From contig JAHPZH010000001.1 of assembly GCA_019058315.1 (NCBI GenBank), positions 789,169 to 853,168 of the forward strand: DNA of 64,000 bases. Direction: 5' to 3'. Positions within the stretch are counted from its first letter, which is position 1; each line of letters starts with the position of its first letter. Both the position numbers and the translations under genes were made by a program. Positions 10,651-22,372 of the stretch are shown here, piece by piece. The notes beneath the pieces were generated by a model. That model did not search any database and was not told the DNA's origin. It worked only from the letters and a program-made list of their open reading frames with translations. This stretch comes from Candidatus Helarchaeota archaeon (GTDB taxonomy: Archaea > Asgardarchaeota > Lokiarchaeia > Helarchaeales > RDOG01).

Positions 10651-11169
10651 TCATAAAAAATTAGGAATCTCTTTAATTATTTTTAAGGTTTCATCCCTAT
10701 CTAAAATTGAATAGGAGATTAATTCTTCTTTAGTCCTTTTCTTAAGTTCTTTTTTGATTTCTTCAATTGTAGACTCAATCCAAGACTTTGGCATTTTCTT
10801 AGTTAATGGACAATCACCAAGATATATTACTAATTTATTTTCTTTCGGAAAATAATCATAAGTTAATGGCCAAATCTTACAATCAAATGGTTTAACTTCA
10901 TTTATTCGACAATATCTTCTATTTTCTAAGAAAATACAATCCTTGTTAATCTTTTTTATAACCTTAAACTTTAATGGTTCATCTTCGTAATAAACAACTT
11001 CAATATCTATAAAATCTTCTGATTTATCCGAAATTTTAAGTTTTAATTCTTTAATTTTATTTCTTATTCGTTCTATTTCATTCTCTGCAACAAATGCATA
11101 GTAAGGTTCACGACAACATTCTTCATCTTTACATTTTTTACAAGTTTTAAAGAAATCAAATTTCTCCAT
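10651..11169 (-). CDS. YkgJ-family cysteine-cluster protein
   Basis: CxxCxxxxCC ... CIFL....CRI...KPFDCKIWP pattern. Confidence 0.85.
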   Translation of the reverse strand: MEKFDFFKTCKKCKDEECCREPYYAFVAENEIERIRNKIKELKLKISDKSEDFIDIEVVYYEDEPLKFKVIKKINKDCIFLENRRYCRINEVKPFDCKIWPLTYDYFPKENKLVIYLGDCPLTKKMPKSWIESTIEEIKKELKKRTKEELISYSILDRDETLKIIKEIPNFL

Positions 11170-11318
11170 TCTTCATCTTCGTTTCAAATGAATTTTTCAT
11201 AAAATTTATTAAAATTAATTAATCCAGCTAATCCTCCAATATCCCATTTGGAATTAAAATTTATTACATTTAACTGAAATTAATTTATTTTGAATTATAA
11301 AATAATAAAAAAAAGAAA

Positions 11319-14300
11319 TTATTTTTTAGTATATTGCTTTTTTAAATCATCTATAGTTGTTCTTTGCTCATCTGGATCTAGTAAAAGAATGCTATCTCTT
11401 ATCATCTTTCTATCCTCGTCCGAAAGACCAGGAATTGATTTCAATTCTTGATCTATTTGTTCAGCAGTGAGCCCTTTCGGCTTTTCAGCCTCTTTTACTC
11501 TTTTCTTCTCAATTCTTTTCTCTTGCTTTGCCCGAAGATTTGAAATAAATTTACGTTGATCTTTAGGAGTGAGAACTTTAATTTGTTCAAAGAATTCTTT
11601 TCGACTTTCAACTGATAAACTAGGAATTGTCCTTAATTCTGCTTTAATTTCTTTATTACTCATGGGTTGGAGTGCTTTTCTACGTTTTTTCTTTAATTTA
11701 TCAGTAGAAATTCCAATGGTATCTAACAATCTAATTCTATCTTCAACTGAAATTAAGTGAGTATTCCAAAGGTAAGAATCAGCATCAGAAGGTTTCAAAG
11801 TCTTCAATTTATTATAGATTTTTTCTCCATCATCATAAGTGTATGTTCTACCCTTAATTTCTGATAGTAAAAGCGTGAAATCTAGCACTTCAGGTCGCTT
11901 ATATTTTATCAGCCCTGCTATTGTTAATAAAGTACGCCTAGCTTCTGGTGGGATCATCAACTTTTCTAAATAACCATCAGCTGCCTGTAAGTCTGGCTGA
12001 GCCTGTAAGTTTAACATGAGTGATTTTGCCTCCGTTGTTGTAACTCTAGTTCTCCTAATATCGCTTAGCTCCTTCGCAAACTCCACAACCTCGGTCGAAA
12101 CCATTGTATGCGGCTTTAAACTTAAGGAAGCCCAATCATCTGCATAATGATCCGCAAAGATTTCTTTACGATCTCTAACTGTTGGATCTGGAGAAAGTTC
12201 TTTTTGCTTTTTAATTATTTTTTTAGTTCTGACTATTTGCTTAACCGCATATGGTGTAAATAACCACCATTTAATTTGTCTATAGGCAAAAAAGCCGACT
12301 GCTGCTGCAAGACCTATCATCCCAATTATAAATGCCCAATGAGTTGTGAAAGATTGAACAAAAATAGGGATTTGAATTGTACCCTCAAAAGTAGCATAAT
12401 TGTCATTGTTGGGATCTGCCATAATATGCATTATATAAATTCCCGGTTTAAGACCCCAACCGACAATTTGTGCTTTATAAATACCACCACCTATTGGAAT
12501 AAGAGGTCTCCAAGTTGGAGTAACTCCTACTATGAATACCTGAACTGAAGCTGTATCAATGGGATTACCATATTCATCCACAAAAGTTGCAGTTAAATCA
12601 ATAAGGTCAAATTCAAATGATGCAAGGCTAGATGGTACAATTGAAAATTCAACATTTGCTTGTAAAATTTGTAAGCTTAAAACCGTAACAGAGTTATTTC
12701 TGTATTCTAATGGACTAGTATCATTTGCAAATATAGTTATATTGTAAGATCCAGCATCTCTCTTTGATATAATTGAAAGTAAATAGATTCCTGGGGTTGC
12801 GGTTTCGCTAATAGTGGCCAATTCAGAAGGCCATCCTGTAAAGCTTATATTTGCATATCTAATGTAAAGTTCTGAGCCAGAGTAATATGCTTGAGTTGGA
12901 AATTCATTATCTAAATCTTTAAATCTAAAGTATATATTAAATGAAGGATTAAAGTATTTAGTAGTATTTTCTAATGTTGTTAGTGCACCGAATTGATCAA
13001 CCCAGATTAGTTCAGTATTATGTTTTCTTAAAAATATTGATGTGTTGAATATTTGGCGAATATAATTAGTTTTATTAAATTCAATTTGTAAAGTCACATT
13101 TTTGTAACCTGTACTATTCCATGGAAAGAGAGTACTGTTTTCTGTATGAATTGTATCAGTGTAGATTTTAAGAATATGTTGAGGTAAGTTGGGCGAATAT
13201 TGTACTTTTCCAGGTTCCCAATATTCCCATCTGCTTAAAATAATATTCCACCATTTCAAAGAGTAAGTTTCTATATATTCAATTGTTTGACCTGGTTCTG
13301 TGTAATTAAATTCTATTGTGAAGTAATAAAATGAACCAGGGGCTCCAAATGGTATAACTGGTGTAGGAATTTCTAATTCTGCTTGCCCCGTAACGGAATG
13401 TAACTTATACGCGTGCACTCCTAAAGTTGTATTGACTGGAAGAACATGTAACCAAAACGTTATATTCGTATGGAGATAAATTATAGGAGCGTTTGCGAAA
13501 TCATAATGAATATTAATTGTTAGGTTGTATGTTCCATTTCCAAATGGTCCTCCGTTCACAAGATCTTCAAAAGGATAATAATCTTTTAAAATACTCGTTT
13601 TAATTTCGAATAAAAAGATTCCTTTATATGAAATATTTTTATAAGATGGATAAATGTCATCAAGGTATAAATTGTGAATTGTAACCAGATCTCTCAGATT
13701 TATTCTTCCAGCAAATGGAGATGAACTCGATATATTATAAATTGGCCAAGTTTCAATTCCTGATTCGTTATAAGGTCCTGAAATATATTCACTCGAATTA
13801 AGATCATACCAAAATGCTGAAACGTTAATATCTTCACCATAGATTATTGTATTATTACTATAAATATTTGTAAGTTCAGGGACTTGTGGGAATAGTTTTT
13901 CTCCATTATATAGTTCATCTGGATTTATAGTAATGTTAGTATGGTGATTTTTAATTGTCAAAATAATAGGTCTGGAGTCTTCAGCATATTCTTCTCCAAT
14001 TTGAGGACCGCCTAAGTGTGAACCATTAGCACGAATATAGATAATATAACTATCAGAGACATTTATATCTATATTGAATTTAAATGTGTAATTTTCTCCA
14101 ATTGGATTGTAATAGACTTCAAAATCGCCATATTGGAAATTTCTACCCCAATTAGTATAGTTAGATCCTCCAGATGCGAAATCAAACATCCAAAAAGTAA
14201 CATTTTCATATCGAGGGTCACTAGATCCATATGCAATTGGAATTCTTCCAGCATCTAAATCATAAAGTTTAATTGTAAAATTGAAATGTGAGACAATATC

Positions 14301-17300
14301 GGTCTTTATTTCATATTGAGAAACCACAATTTCGAGTTCGATTCTAATATCCCTAATAATGACGTACGCTTGACTAAAACTTTCTGCAACTTCTGTTTTA
14401 TTTGCTGATATTCTCCAATAAAATTTCAAATTACGTGGTACCCAAGAAGTATTCATTGTAACTATATATCCTTCTATGCCATCAGAAAAGTCAGAAATGT
14501 TACCCATGAAATCCCCAAATTCTGCAGTCCAATTTGAAGAATCCCAAACATCACCTGTAGCTGGGTCCTCAATTAGGGTTACCAATGGATCGATAGTAGC
14601 ACCTGTAATATTTGAACCTTGTTCAACATTCCAATATAATACATTAAACGTAATATTTGTACCCCATGGCACATACGATTCATAAAATAGTATAACATTA
14701 GTTACTGGCTTTCTAAAAGATATCGTAAACGTAAAACTCTGATTTTTATATGGCTCATCTGGATCTGATGAATTGAATAAAGTAATGTTGAACCTATAAG
14801 GAATATTATTTTCAGGAACTGAACCATCCAGAAAGAGTTTGAAAATTCCAGATGTTGAATTTGTGCGTTCTTCCCACTGTCCTAATGCATTCATTCCATA
14901 TATTTTATAATTAGCTGGATTATTATATGGAGCTGGTAATGCTATTTGAATATTAGAGTTATTAATAGGTAAATCGTCATAAATTCCTTCATAACCAATA
15001 TATTCAATTGTGATATTTACTCCCGGAGGTCCCCACGGATATCCAGAAACTGATTCTCCTTCGATCACACCTTTCTGTATATAGACATCTCTATAGGTCT
15101 CAATTTTTCGGCAAACTATACTAACATTTACTGATGCATTTTTAAAGAAAGGTTTTCCAGAATAACTAATACTTACATTTACTTGATGAACATCAAGCTT
15201 GTCTTGAGTAATAAATTCAGAAGTATTAACTGTAACTAAATACAAGCCAGGTTGGCTGTTATCATAAACGCCGGGCTGAAAAACACTAACTATTCCATCA
15301 AATATTAGTTGTGGACCAGCTACACCATCTAAATCTTGATAATAAAGCCTAATAGTAACATTATTTCCATAATAGGTTGTAGCCGGAGAATCGTAAGTGA
15401 TTAATGTGTTTCTTTCGCGAGTAGTTATAACTGTGTCTAAACTAGCATTTTCATAATGTTGTGCTATTGTATAATTAATTTGAACTGTGAAGTTATAATC
15501 ATCTATTCCATCAAGATTAAATGTATTAAATGTAATGATATATTCTCCCGCTATAGGGCCATATGTCCATGTAGCTAATGTTGGAATCCAATCATATGAA
15601 GTATCATTTAACAAATGTATTTCCATTTCAGATAGAGTAAAATTCAATCCAGGTTCAGCAGGATCGTCAATGTCCTTTAATTCAACTGTAAAAGTGACAT
15701 TGTTTCCGAATGCAGTTGGATTTGGACGAATTCCTGTTAATAATACACGTCTAGATCGTACTTGGATATCAATAAAAATACTTTTTTTATTGTAACTCGA
15801 ATTATCAACTGTTATATTAAGTGTGTGCACACCAATATCCAATCCTTCAGTGTCAATATCATGAATTGTATAGACATTACTACTAAACGTTACTATTCCA
15901 TGAGCTATTGATGTTCCATTGATTTGCATTACAGTATTATTATTCATGTCTATTAGAGGATATGAATTCAAATCAGTATCATGAAATGTGATTTCAAGAG
16001 CTGAAATATTATTTCCCCAAGGTATTTGTCCAGGTGGAGTGTATAAAAGTTCAACACCATGCTGTCTAATTGTGAATGGAATGTCTAAAGTTGCGTCTGA
16101 ATAATGTGTGTTGTTTATGGTAATACTCATTAAATAATCCCCAATAGTAAGTCTCGAAGTGTTAATATTTGTGATTGTCCAAGATGAACTCTGTATCACA
16201 TAATCGAATGTTGTCGGAGTCCCGTTTATTAATAAACTAACGCTGGCATTATTTGGAATGGGAATATAAGATGCACTATCGATGTCGTAATAATCTATAA
16301 CCACAGAAATATTCTTACCCCAAGGTTCACTGCCAATAGGTGTATATGATATTTGAGCGGAGCGATTTCTTATGTTTAAATTTATTTGGATTGATGTATT
16401 CGCATAATATGGTTCATTCGGGCCTAATGCATAACTCCAGTTAGCATAAATGATAAATGGATATGTACCAGGCTGAGCCCAAAAAGTTGAATTAATTGTA
16501 ATAGCATAATCTGATGCGACTCTTGACCAATTATAATACCCTGTACCTTGAATACCAGGTGTAACAATATCCAAATCCAAAGTTATTGATACATTTGCGT
16601 CATTTATGATTGGTAAATCGTGAAAAGTATCTCTATACTCAATTGTAAAAGTAACGTTGCCTCTATATGGTGTTACTTGAGGTGCATCATACAATATTTG
16701 TGTATCTATAGCACGAATATTTAATTTAAATTGCTGAGAAATTTGTTCATAAGTTCCAGATTCCTCCGAACAATTAACTCTAACCATGTAATAACCGCTA
16801 GCTGGAAGTGCTTTTGCTGAAGTATCTAAATTGATGCTATATGTTCCATCTAGAAGATCAGTAACTGTATAATATTGTGTAGGACCTTTAAACCAATCAA
16901 TTTCAACTGTTGTATTAGGTATATAATTACCATCTAACGTGGTATAAGTAACATTAAAAGTAACATTTTCACCCCATACTGTAGGTTCAGGAGGAACAAT
17001 TCCCATAATTGGTTGATTTCTTCGTAATTGAATTGTAATATTTATTTCTTGGTGCTCATAATACGTTTTATTTGCAGTTATTGTCACAACATAAGTTAAA
17101 CTGATATTATACCCCGTAGTATCAATACTTAATATCCAATAGGGTGAAGTATCCCCAATTTGAATCAATTGACTATCACCCTGCAAAGTACTATTATCCC
17201 AATTGAACGTCATGTTTACATGATAAGGTTCGGTGGTTTCATTGCTGATTCTTACACCAGCTTCGCGATCCTCGTAAAAGATAGTGATATTATATTCACC

Positions 17301-20300
17301 TAGAGGTATAATGGAACTTGGTTGTTGTGGGGAATATAATAGTGTATAAGTGGATCTGATTGTCATATTTACTGAAAATAATGATTGGGAGACATAATTT
17401 GTTTTATTGACGTCAATTTGAAAAGTATAAGTAGTATCTTGTGCAGTAAGATTTTCAATGGTAACATGTATAAGATATATTCCTCCACCTTGATAATAAT
17501 ATGTCCAATTTTCATTATAAATATATTTTGTAGTTGTTGGAAGACCATTTTCGTATAATAATGTAAGATTGACAGTTGCATCAATAATTCCTACACCAAA
17601 TTCATCTTTATATGTAATATCAAAAGTTGTATTTTCCGTTGCACTATATGGGACTATTCCTGGTGGTGTGTAGCTTAATGAGGTAGAAATATTTCTAACT
17701 GTAATTGGGGTTGTTATTGTGGCTGTATCATATAAATCCGAAGAATTTGTTACTGTAATGTTTAATACATGATTTCCTAAGGGTTGATTATCCATCTTAA
17801 TATCATATATATAATATGAATTACCAACTCTAGACGTTGAGCCATAACTTATAGATGAACCGTTGATCAATAACGAGCTTGCCATATCCATTATTGGATA
17901 ATTGTCCAAATCTAAATCATGATACCAAATTCTAATCGTAGCATTACTTCCATAAGGTATTTGTCCTGGTGGAGTGTAAAGTAGTTCGGTGTTGTGTGTT
18001 CTTATTGTAATAGGAATAATTCGTTCAGCAGGATCAAAATGAGTTTTTACAATTGTAATATTAAGTCTATGAGTTCCTATTGCAAGCGTTGAAGTATTTA
18101 TATTCTCGATTGAATAATAATTATCTAAACCTGGTCCAGTAATAGCTACATATGCGATATCAGTCCCATTTAAATAAACGGTTGCATCTGGAGCTAAAAT
18201 ATCAGGATAAGTATCGTTATCAGTCTCATGGAATTGAATTTTCAATGCGCTTATATTCAAACCCCAAGCGATAGAACCTGGTGGGATGTATAAAATTTCG
18301 GTTGAACCGTTTCGCACTGTGAAAAGAACTTGAACACTACCATTTTCGTAATATGGAGAACCAGACCAATTTGCAGAAACGATTATTGGGAATGTCCCGG
18401 CAGTTCCCCAATAAGTTGTATTAATTTCAATTAAATAATTACCATTTGGTTCATCTCTTGTGACACTATAATATAATGGATCAATATTAACGGAAATAAC
18501 AGTATTTGAACTATTAATTAATTGGTAATGATATGTATCCTGATACGTTACATGAAACGTGGTATTTGTTCCATATGGATTCACAGGTGGAACATCGTAG
18601 AATAACTGGGCATCAACTGGTCTAACGTAAAGTCTTACTTGAGCTGACCTTCTATCATAATTAGGGGCATCCATTGTGACATTTAATCTATGATATCCTT
18701 GCGATGGGATGCCATAAGCACTGGTATTTACCGTAAAGTTTACATCAACGCCGACTGTGTTGAGCTCAGGAATCGATTGTGATGTATCATTAATATAATA
18801 ACCAGCACGGAATAATTCCCATGATGAAGATGTATCATTAAACCAATAAAGATCAATAGTTGCATTGTCAACGAGTGAATTTCCCGCTTGATCTGTATAT
18901 GATGCATAAAATGAAACACTTTCACCCCAAACGGTGGGTGGTGGATTTGTTACCCCAATAGCGGCAATATTTTGTCGTAATCCAATTGTTATATTCATTT
19001 CAGCAGGATCATAGTGAGCTTTCGATGCTTTAACAGTAAGATTATATTTAATATTGATATCAAATCCTGTGGTGTCTATCTCAAGAAACCAAGAATCATT
19101 CGATGCCTTTTGTATCAAGGTAGAAGTTCCATTTAAAGTTGAATTATCCCATGCCCATTGTATAATAACTGGATTTGCAGGAGTATTATTTTCTATTAAA
19201 ATTACATTATCTAAATCCCAATATTCAATAGTTATATTATATGGTCCTTGTGGAATAATAGAAGCAGGATATTCTGGCGAATCTAATCTTGTATTGGTCG
19301 AGATAATTGTTAAATTAATTTTATAAAGTTCTCTTGTTCTAAAATTTGGTCTACTCGCAGAAAAATTAAATGTATATTTATTGTTTGGAGATTGGTCAGT
19401 TAGATTATCCATTTTAAAATGAGCTTCATAGACACCGGATCCAAGTTCATAAACTGTATAATTAATAGGATCTACAAAATTATAACCTACACCTCCAGAA
19501 TCCGTCCAATCTGTCAGAGTAATTGTAGCACCATCAATACCAGCACCACCGTGATCTAGATCCAAATAGTAAAAAGTTATAGTTGCATTTACTGTATCGC
19601 TCCAATATTCTTGACCAGGAGGATCATATGTAAAATCACTTGTAATATTTCTGATTGTCAAGGGAATTAGTAGAGAACGATTATAATGGAATGATTTATT
19701 AACATTTATTTGAACTAGGTAATTTCCTTGGCTTAAAGCATCTGTTTCAATGTCAATAGTATAAGTTCCATTAACTTCGGAAGTATTTATTATATTTAAA
19801 GAAGCATTAGTGGAAATTATTGCTCCAATTAATGGCCCAGTTGAATTTTCAGCTTGAATAGTAATTGTTGAATTATCTCCATATGGTGTAACTGGAACAT
19901 CACTAAATGAAAGTGTCATATCTTCTAAAACCAATACATTAAATGCGCTTAAATTAGTTTTAGAATCATAATACGTTTTGGAGGCATAAATATCAACCAT
20001 ATAGCTGCCAATGTATGAAGGGTCAGTCGGAACGCTTAAAATATATTTACCTGCACTCGTGGCAACTTCTGGATCACCAGTTTGGTAAACGGCATCTGAT
20101 CCAAGTCCGTTCCAATCATTTATAACAAATGTAACATTTGCATTATCAATATCTCCAAAACCGCTTTCAGTATCATCATAATACACAGTTATATCAATTT
20201 TTTCACCAGCAAGATATTCTTTCAAATAATTATCACTAGTTATTAATCTTGAACCATGAGTGACAGTAAAATAGCCGATTTTTTGCCCTACAACTAGTGG

Positions 20301-22070
20301 ATTACTTACAGAATCATTGAAATTGAATATTGCTGTGTAATTACCTACAGGAGCATTATCTAAAGAATTATTATATGAAAACAAAGTGGAATCGTTAGAT
20401 CTAAAGAGATTTTCGTTTGGATCATATATTAATAATTGTGTGTTTCCGCTAACGCTAGTAGAAACTGTTGTATTTAAGATATCAGATATCCTAAAATCGC
20501 TTTTTTGGATAGTTTCATTATAAAAGGCTATTCCAGTGAGAGGATTTGGTGCACTCGTCTTAATCTGCCAAAAACCATCTGGTGCTTGTGAAATGGGGGG
20601 AACTGTAATATTCAGGAAACCTGCAGTAGAATTATCAACTGCTGGATCATTGATTACATTAACGTTAGGATTTTGTGGTTCTGATACCCAAGTAACCACC
20701 CAATTTGTTGGGAATGATGTGTAAAAGTTTGATTCGGTATAACCCGTTGGAACTGAAATGTAGGCATAAAAATCATATACAATATCTGAAGATTGTTCTG
20801 AATCAATTGAAAAAGATATTCCTTGTGAAGCTGTATTTCTTTCATATAATGAAGAATCATTTCTATATGCATTAGCGGTAAGATTTGTCCTTAATTCAAT
20901 TGTAGAACCAGTAGCGGCTAAATTCTCACTAAAGGTTGCTGTAATTGGAGAAGATGTCCAAGAACCAATTTCAGTTACAGTTCCTGTTCCCCATCCCGTG
21001 TTAACTACATTATTTCCATTCATTTCTAAATCAATTTGAGTTGGTTGCACTTCGGATTTTATTACAAGTCTAAAATTATCAATCCATAATTGTTGATATT
21101 CAATATCTGTAAATCCTGAACTATATCTTGCGTCAGTTGAAGTATAAGTTAAGCCAAATTCGATGTCTACATTTCCGTTAATTGGATCTGAAAATACATC
21201 CGAACTATTACTCCAAACACCTAAAGGAATAGATCTTGAATGCCAAGTAGAATATCCCCAATTTTTTATATTATACGTCCCTTCAGCGTATACATTTTGT
21301 CCATTAATTGCAATATAAAATATCCATGAATTAAAATCTGCTAAATGATCAGTATATAAATCAAATTCAACAGCAGCATCAATAACAGTTCCCCTCGGAA
21401 CATTAACCGTTTGAGACCACCAGCAGCTATCACCTTCGTTATAACCATAATAACCAGCACTAAGATCACCATCCATTCTTAACTCAACCCGTTCATTTGG
21501 ATTTCCTCCTGTTAACAAATAATTTCCACTCATTGGATTTACATAAGGTCGAGCCACAGGAACATTATCGAGTACTGTAAAAGCCCAATTTGTCACAAAA
21601 GAATCATCATCATCCCCTGGATTATATCCATTTGTTGATCCAGTTAATGAAAAATCACCATTTGAAGCCCAATCACGATCATCCCAAAGATCATATACTA
21701 CTGATGTGATTTGGGTTGCTTCCCAATTAGCTCCCAAAATTATTTGCGCATTTGCTGATGCTCCCTCTGCAAATTGTAAATATTGATCAGGATTTGTACT
21801 AGAAGCATTCTGTACTATTAACCTTGATTGACCTACACCAGAATATTCTTTCGCGATGGCAGCAGTTTCTAAATCGAGTGAATTATCATTTGGATCTTTA
21901 AAAATATCATAAATATTTGAAGGTACAGGTGGAAGCAAAGATCCTCCAAAAATATCTGAATTATAATTAGTAAAATTAGGAATAAGTGATGAAATATAAG
22001 GAAGTGTAGTCGCAAAAATTATTGAGAAAAGTAGAGCAGGTATTAATAACCTAGATTTTCGCCTCATCAT
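11319..22070 (-). CDS. Giant 3583-aa membrane-anchored surface protein (tandem Ig-like domains, TM helix, charged cytoplasmic tail)
   Basis: Signal peptide; many ~100-aa beta-rich repeats (YxPPGxxPWGxNxxxxxxYxD...); very dense N-x-S/T sequons; TM (WAFIIGMIGLAAAVGFFAY); ~310-aa helical tail. Confidence 0.85.
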   Translation of the reverse strand: MMRRKSRLLIPALLFSIIFATTLPYISSLIPNFTNYNSDIFGGSLLPPVPSNIYDIFKDPNDNSLDLETAAIAKEYSGVGQSRLIVQNASSTNPDQYLQFAEGASANAQIILGANWEATQITSVVYDLWDDRDWASNGDFSLTGSTNGYNPGDDDDSFVTNWAFTVLDNVPVARPYVNPMSGNYLLTGGNPNERVELRMDGDLSAGYYGYNEGDSCWWSQTVNVPRGTVIDAAVEFDLYTDHLADFNSWIFYIAINGQNVYAEGTYNIKNWGYSTWHSRSIPLGVWSNSSDVFSDPINGNVDIEFGLTYTSTDARYSSGFTDIEYQQLWIDNFRLVIKSEVQPTQIDLEMNGNNVVNTGWGTGTVTEIGSWTSSPITATFSENLAATGSTIELRTNLTANAYRNDSSLYERNTASQGISFSIDSEQSSDIVYDFYAYISVPTGYTESNFYTSFPTNWVVTWVSEPQNPNVNVINDPAVDNSTAGFLNITVPPISQAPDGFWQIKTSAPNPLTGIAFYNETIQKSDFRISDILNTTVSTSVSGNTQLLIYDPNENLFRSNDSTLFSYNNSLDNAPVGNYTAIFNFNDSVSNPLVVGQKIGYFTVTHGSRLITSDNYLKEYLAGEKIDITVYYDDTESGFGDIDNANVTFVINDWNGLGSDAVYQTGDPEVATSAGKYILSVPTDPSYIGSYMVDIYASKTYYDSKTNLSAFNVLVLEDMTLSFSDVPVTPYGDNSTITIQAENSTGPLIGAIISTNASLNIINTSEVNGTYTIDIETDALSQGNYLVQINVNKSFHYNRSLLIPLTIRNITSDFTYDPPGQEYWSDTVNATITFYYLDLDHGGAGIDGATITLTDWTDSGGVGYNFVDPINYTVYELGSGVYEAHFKMDNLTDQSPNNKYTFNFSASRPNFRTRELYKINLTIISTNTRLDSPEYPASIIPQGPYNITIEYWDLDNVILIENNTPANPVIIQWAWDNSTLNGTSTLIQKASNDSWFLEIDTTGFDINIKYNLTVKASKAHYDPAEMNITIGLRQNIAAIGVTNPPPTVWGESVSFYASYTDQAGNSLVDNATIDLYWFNDTSSSWELFRAGYYINDTSQSIPELNTVGVDVNFTVNTSAYGIPSQGYHRLNVTMDAPNYDRRSAQVRLYVRPVDAQLFYDVPPVNPYGTNTTFHVTYQDTYHYQLINSSNTVISVNIDPLYYSVTRDEPNGNYLIEINTTYWGTAGTFPIIVSANWSGSPYYENGSVQVLFTVRNGSTEILYIPPGSIAWGLNISALKIQFHETDNDTYPDILAPDATVYLNGTDIAYVAITGPGLDNYYSIENINTSTLAIGTHRLNITIVKTHFDPAERIIPITIRTHNTELLYTPPGQIPYGSNATIRIWYHDLDLDNYPIMDMASSLLINGSSISYGSTSRVGNSYYIYDIKMDNQPLGNHVLNITVTNSSDLYDTATITTPITVRNISTSLSYTPPGIVPYSATENTTFDITYKDEFGVGIIDATVNLTLLYENGLPTTTKYIYNENWTYYYQGGGIYLIHVTIENLTAQDTTYTFQIDVNKTNYVSQSLFSVNMTIRSTYTLLYSPQQPSSIIPLGEYNITIFYEDREAGVRISNETTEPYHVNMTFNWDNSTLQGDSQLIQIGDTSPYWILSIDTTGYNISLTYVVTITANKTYYEHQEINITIQLRRNQPIMGIVPPEPTVWGENVTFNVTYTTLDGNYIPNTTVEIDWFKGPTQYYTVTDLLDGTYSINLDTSAKALPASGYYMVRVNCSEESGTYEQISQQFKLNIRAIDTQILYDAPQVTPYRGNVTFTIEYRDTFHDLPIINDANVSITLDLDIVTPGIQGTGYYNWSRVASDYAITINSTFWAQPGTYPFIIYANWSYALGPNEPYYANTSIQINLNIRNRSAQISYTPIGSEPWGKNISVVIDYYDIDSASYIPIPNNASVSLLINGTPTTFDYVIQSSSWTITNINTSRLTIGDYLMSITINNTHYSDATLDIPFTIRQHGVELLYTPPGQIPWGNNISALEITFHDTDLNSYPLIDMNNNTVMQINGTSIAHGIVTFSSNVYTIHDIDTEGLDIGVHTLNITVDNSSYNKKSIFIDIQVRSRRVLLTGIRPNPTAFGNNVTFTVELKDIDDPAEPGLNFTLSEMEIHLLNDTSYDWIPTLATWTYGPIAGEYIITFNTFNLDGIDDYNFTVQINYTIAQHYENASLDTVITTRERNTLITYDSPATTYYGNNVTIRLYYQDLDGVAGPQLIFDGIVSVFQPGVYDNSQPGLYLVTVNTSEFITQDKLDVHQVNVSISYSGKPFFKNASVNVSIVCRKIETYRDVYIQKGVIEGESVSGYPWGPPGVNITIEYIGYEGIYDDLPINNSNIQIALPAPYNNPANYKIYGMNALGQWEERTNSTSGIFKLFLDGSVPENNIPYRFNITLFNSSDPDEPYKNQSFTFTISFRKPVTNVILFYESYVPWGTNITFNVLYWNVEQGSNITGATIDPLVTLIEDPATGDVWDSSNWTAEFGDFMGNISDFSDGIEGYIVTMNTSWVPRNLKFYWRISANKTEVAESFSQAYVIIRDIRIELEIVVSQYEIKTDIVSHFNFTIKLYDLDAGRIPIAYGSSDPRYENVTFWMFDFASGGSNYTNWGRNFQYGDFEVYYNPIGENYTFKFNIDINVSDSYIIYIRANGSHLGGPQIGEEYAEDSRPIILTIKNHHTNITINPDELYNGEKLFPQVPELTNIYSNNTIIYGEDINVSAFWYDLNSSEYISGPYNESGIETWPIYNISSSSPFAGRINLRDLVTIHNLYLDDIYPSYKNISYKGIFLFEIKTSILKDYYPFEDLVNGGPFGNGTYNLTINIHYDFANAPIIYLHTNITFWLHVLPVNTTLGVHAYKLHSVTGQAELEIPTPVIPFGAPGSFYYFTIEFNYTEPGQTIEYIETYSLKWWNIILSRWEYWEPGKVQYSPNLPQHILKIYTDTIHTENSTLFPWNSTGYKNVTLQIEFNKTNYIRQIFNTSIFLRKHNTELIWVDQFGALTTLENTTKYFNPSFNIYFRFKDLDNEFPTQAYYSGSELYIRYANISFTGWPSELATISETATPGIYLLSIISKRDAGSYNITIFANDTSPLEYRNNSVTVLSLQILQANVEFSIVPSSLASFEFDLIDLTATFVDEYGNPIDTASVQVFIVGVTPTWRPLIPIGGGIYKAQIVGWGLKPGIYIMHIMADPNNDNYATFEGTIQIPIFVQSFTTHWAFIIGMIGLAAAVGFFAYRQIKWWLFTPYAVKQIVRTKKIIKKQKELSPDPTVRDRKEIFADHYADDWASLSLKPHTMVSTEVVEFAKELSDIRRTRVTTTEAKSLMLNLQAQPDLQAADGYLEKLMIPPEARRTLLTIAGLIKYKRPEVLDFTLLLSEIKGRTYTYDDGEKIYNKLKTLKPSDADSYLWNTHLISVEDRIRLLDTIGISTDKLKKKRRKALQPMSNKEIKAELRTIPSLSVESRKEFFEQIKVLTPKDQRKFISNLRAKQEKRIEKKRVKEAEKPKGLTAEQIDQELKSIPGLSDEDRKMIRDSILLLDPDEQRTTIDDLKKQYTKK

Positions 22071-22372
22071 TAAAAACCTCTAATATTTTATCGTTTTGCC
22101 GACAAAAACAAAATCTTAGTGAAGAATAATTGATTGGTTAAAATTTCAATATAATACTACTTTAATAGATTAGATTTTCTTGATATATATATTTTTAGAT
22201 GAATTGTTGAAAATTTGAGGTATAATTAAAATAAAAAAAAATGGTACATTTGTTTCTCCTATCAAAATTTTAGTTTAAATAGAAAATATGAGGTTAATTG
22301 GAAAATATTGTAAAAAAACTTTCATTAATATTTTCTAATTTATAATTGATTTTATTTTTTTCTAAATTAAAG

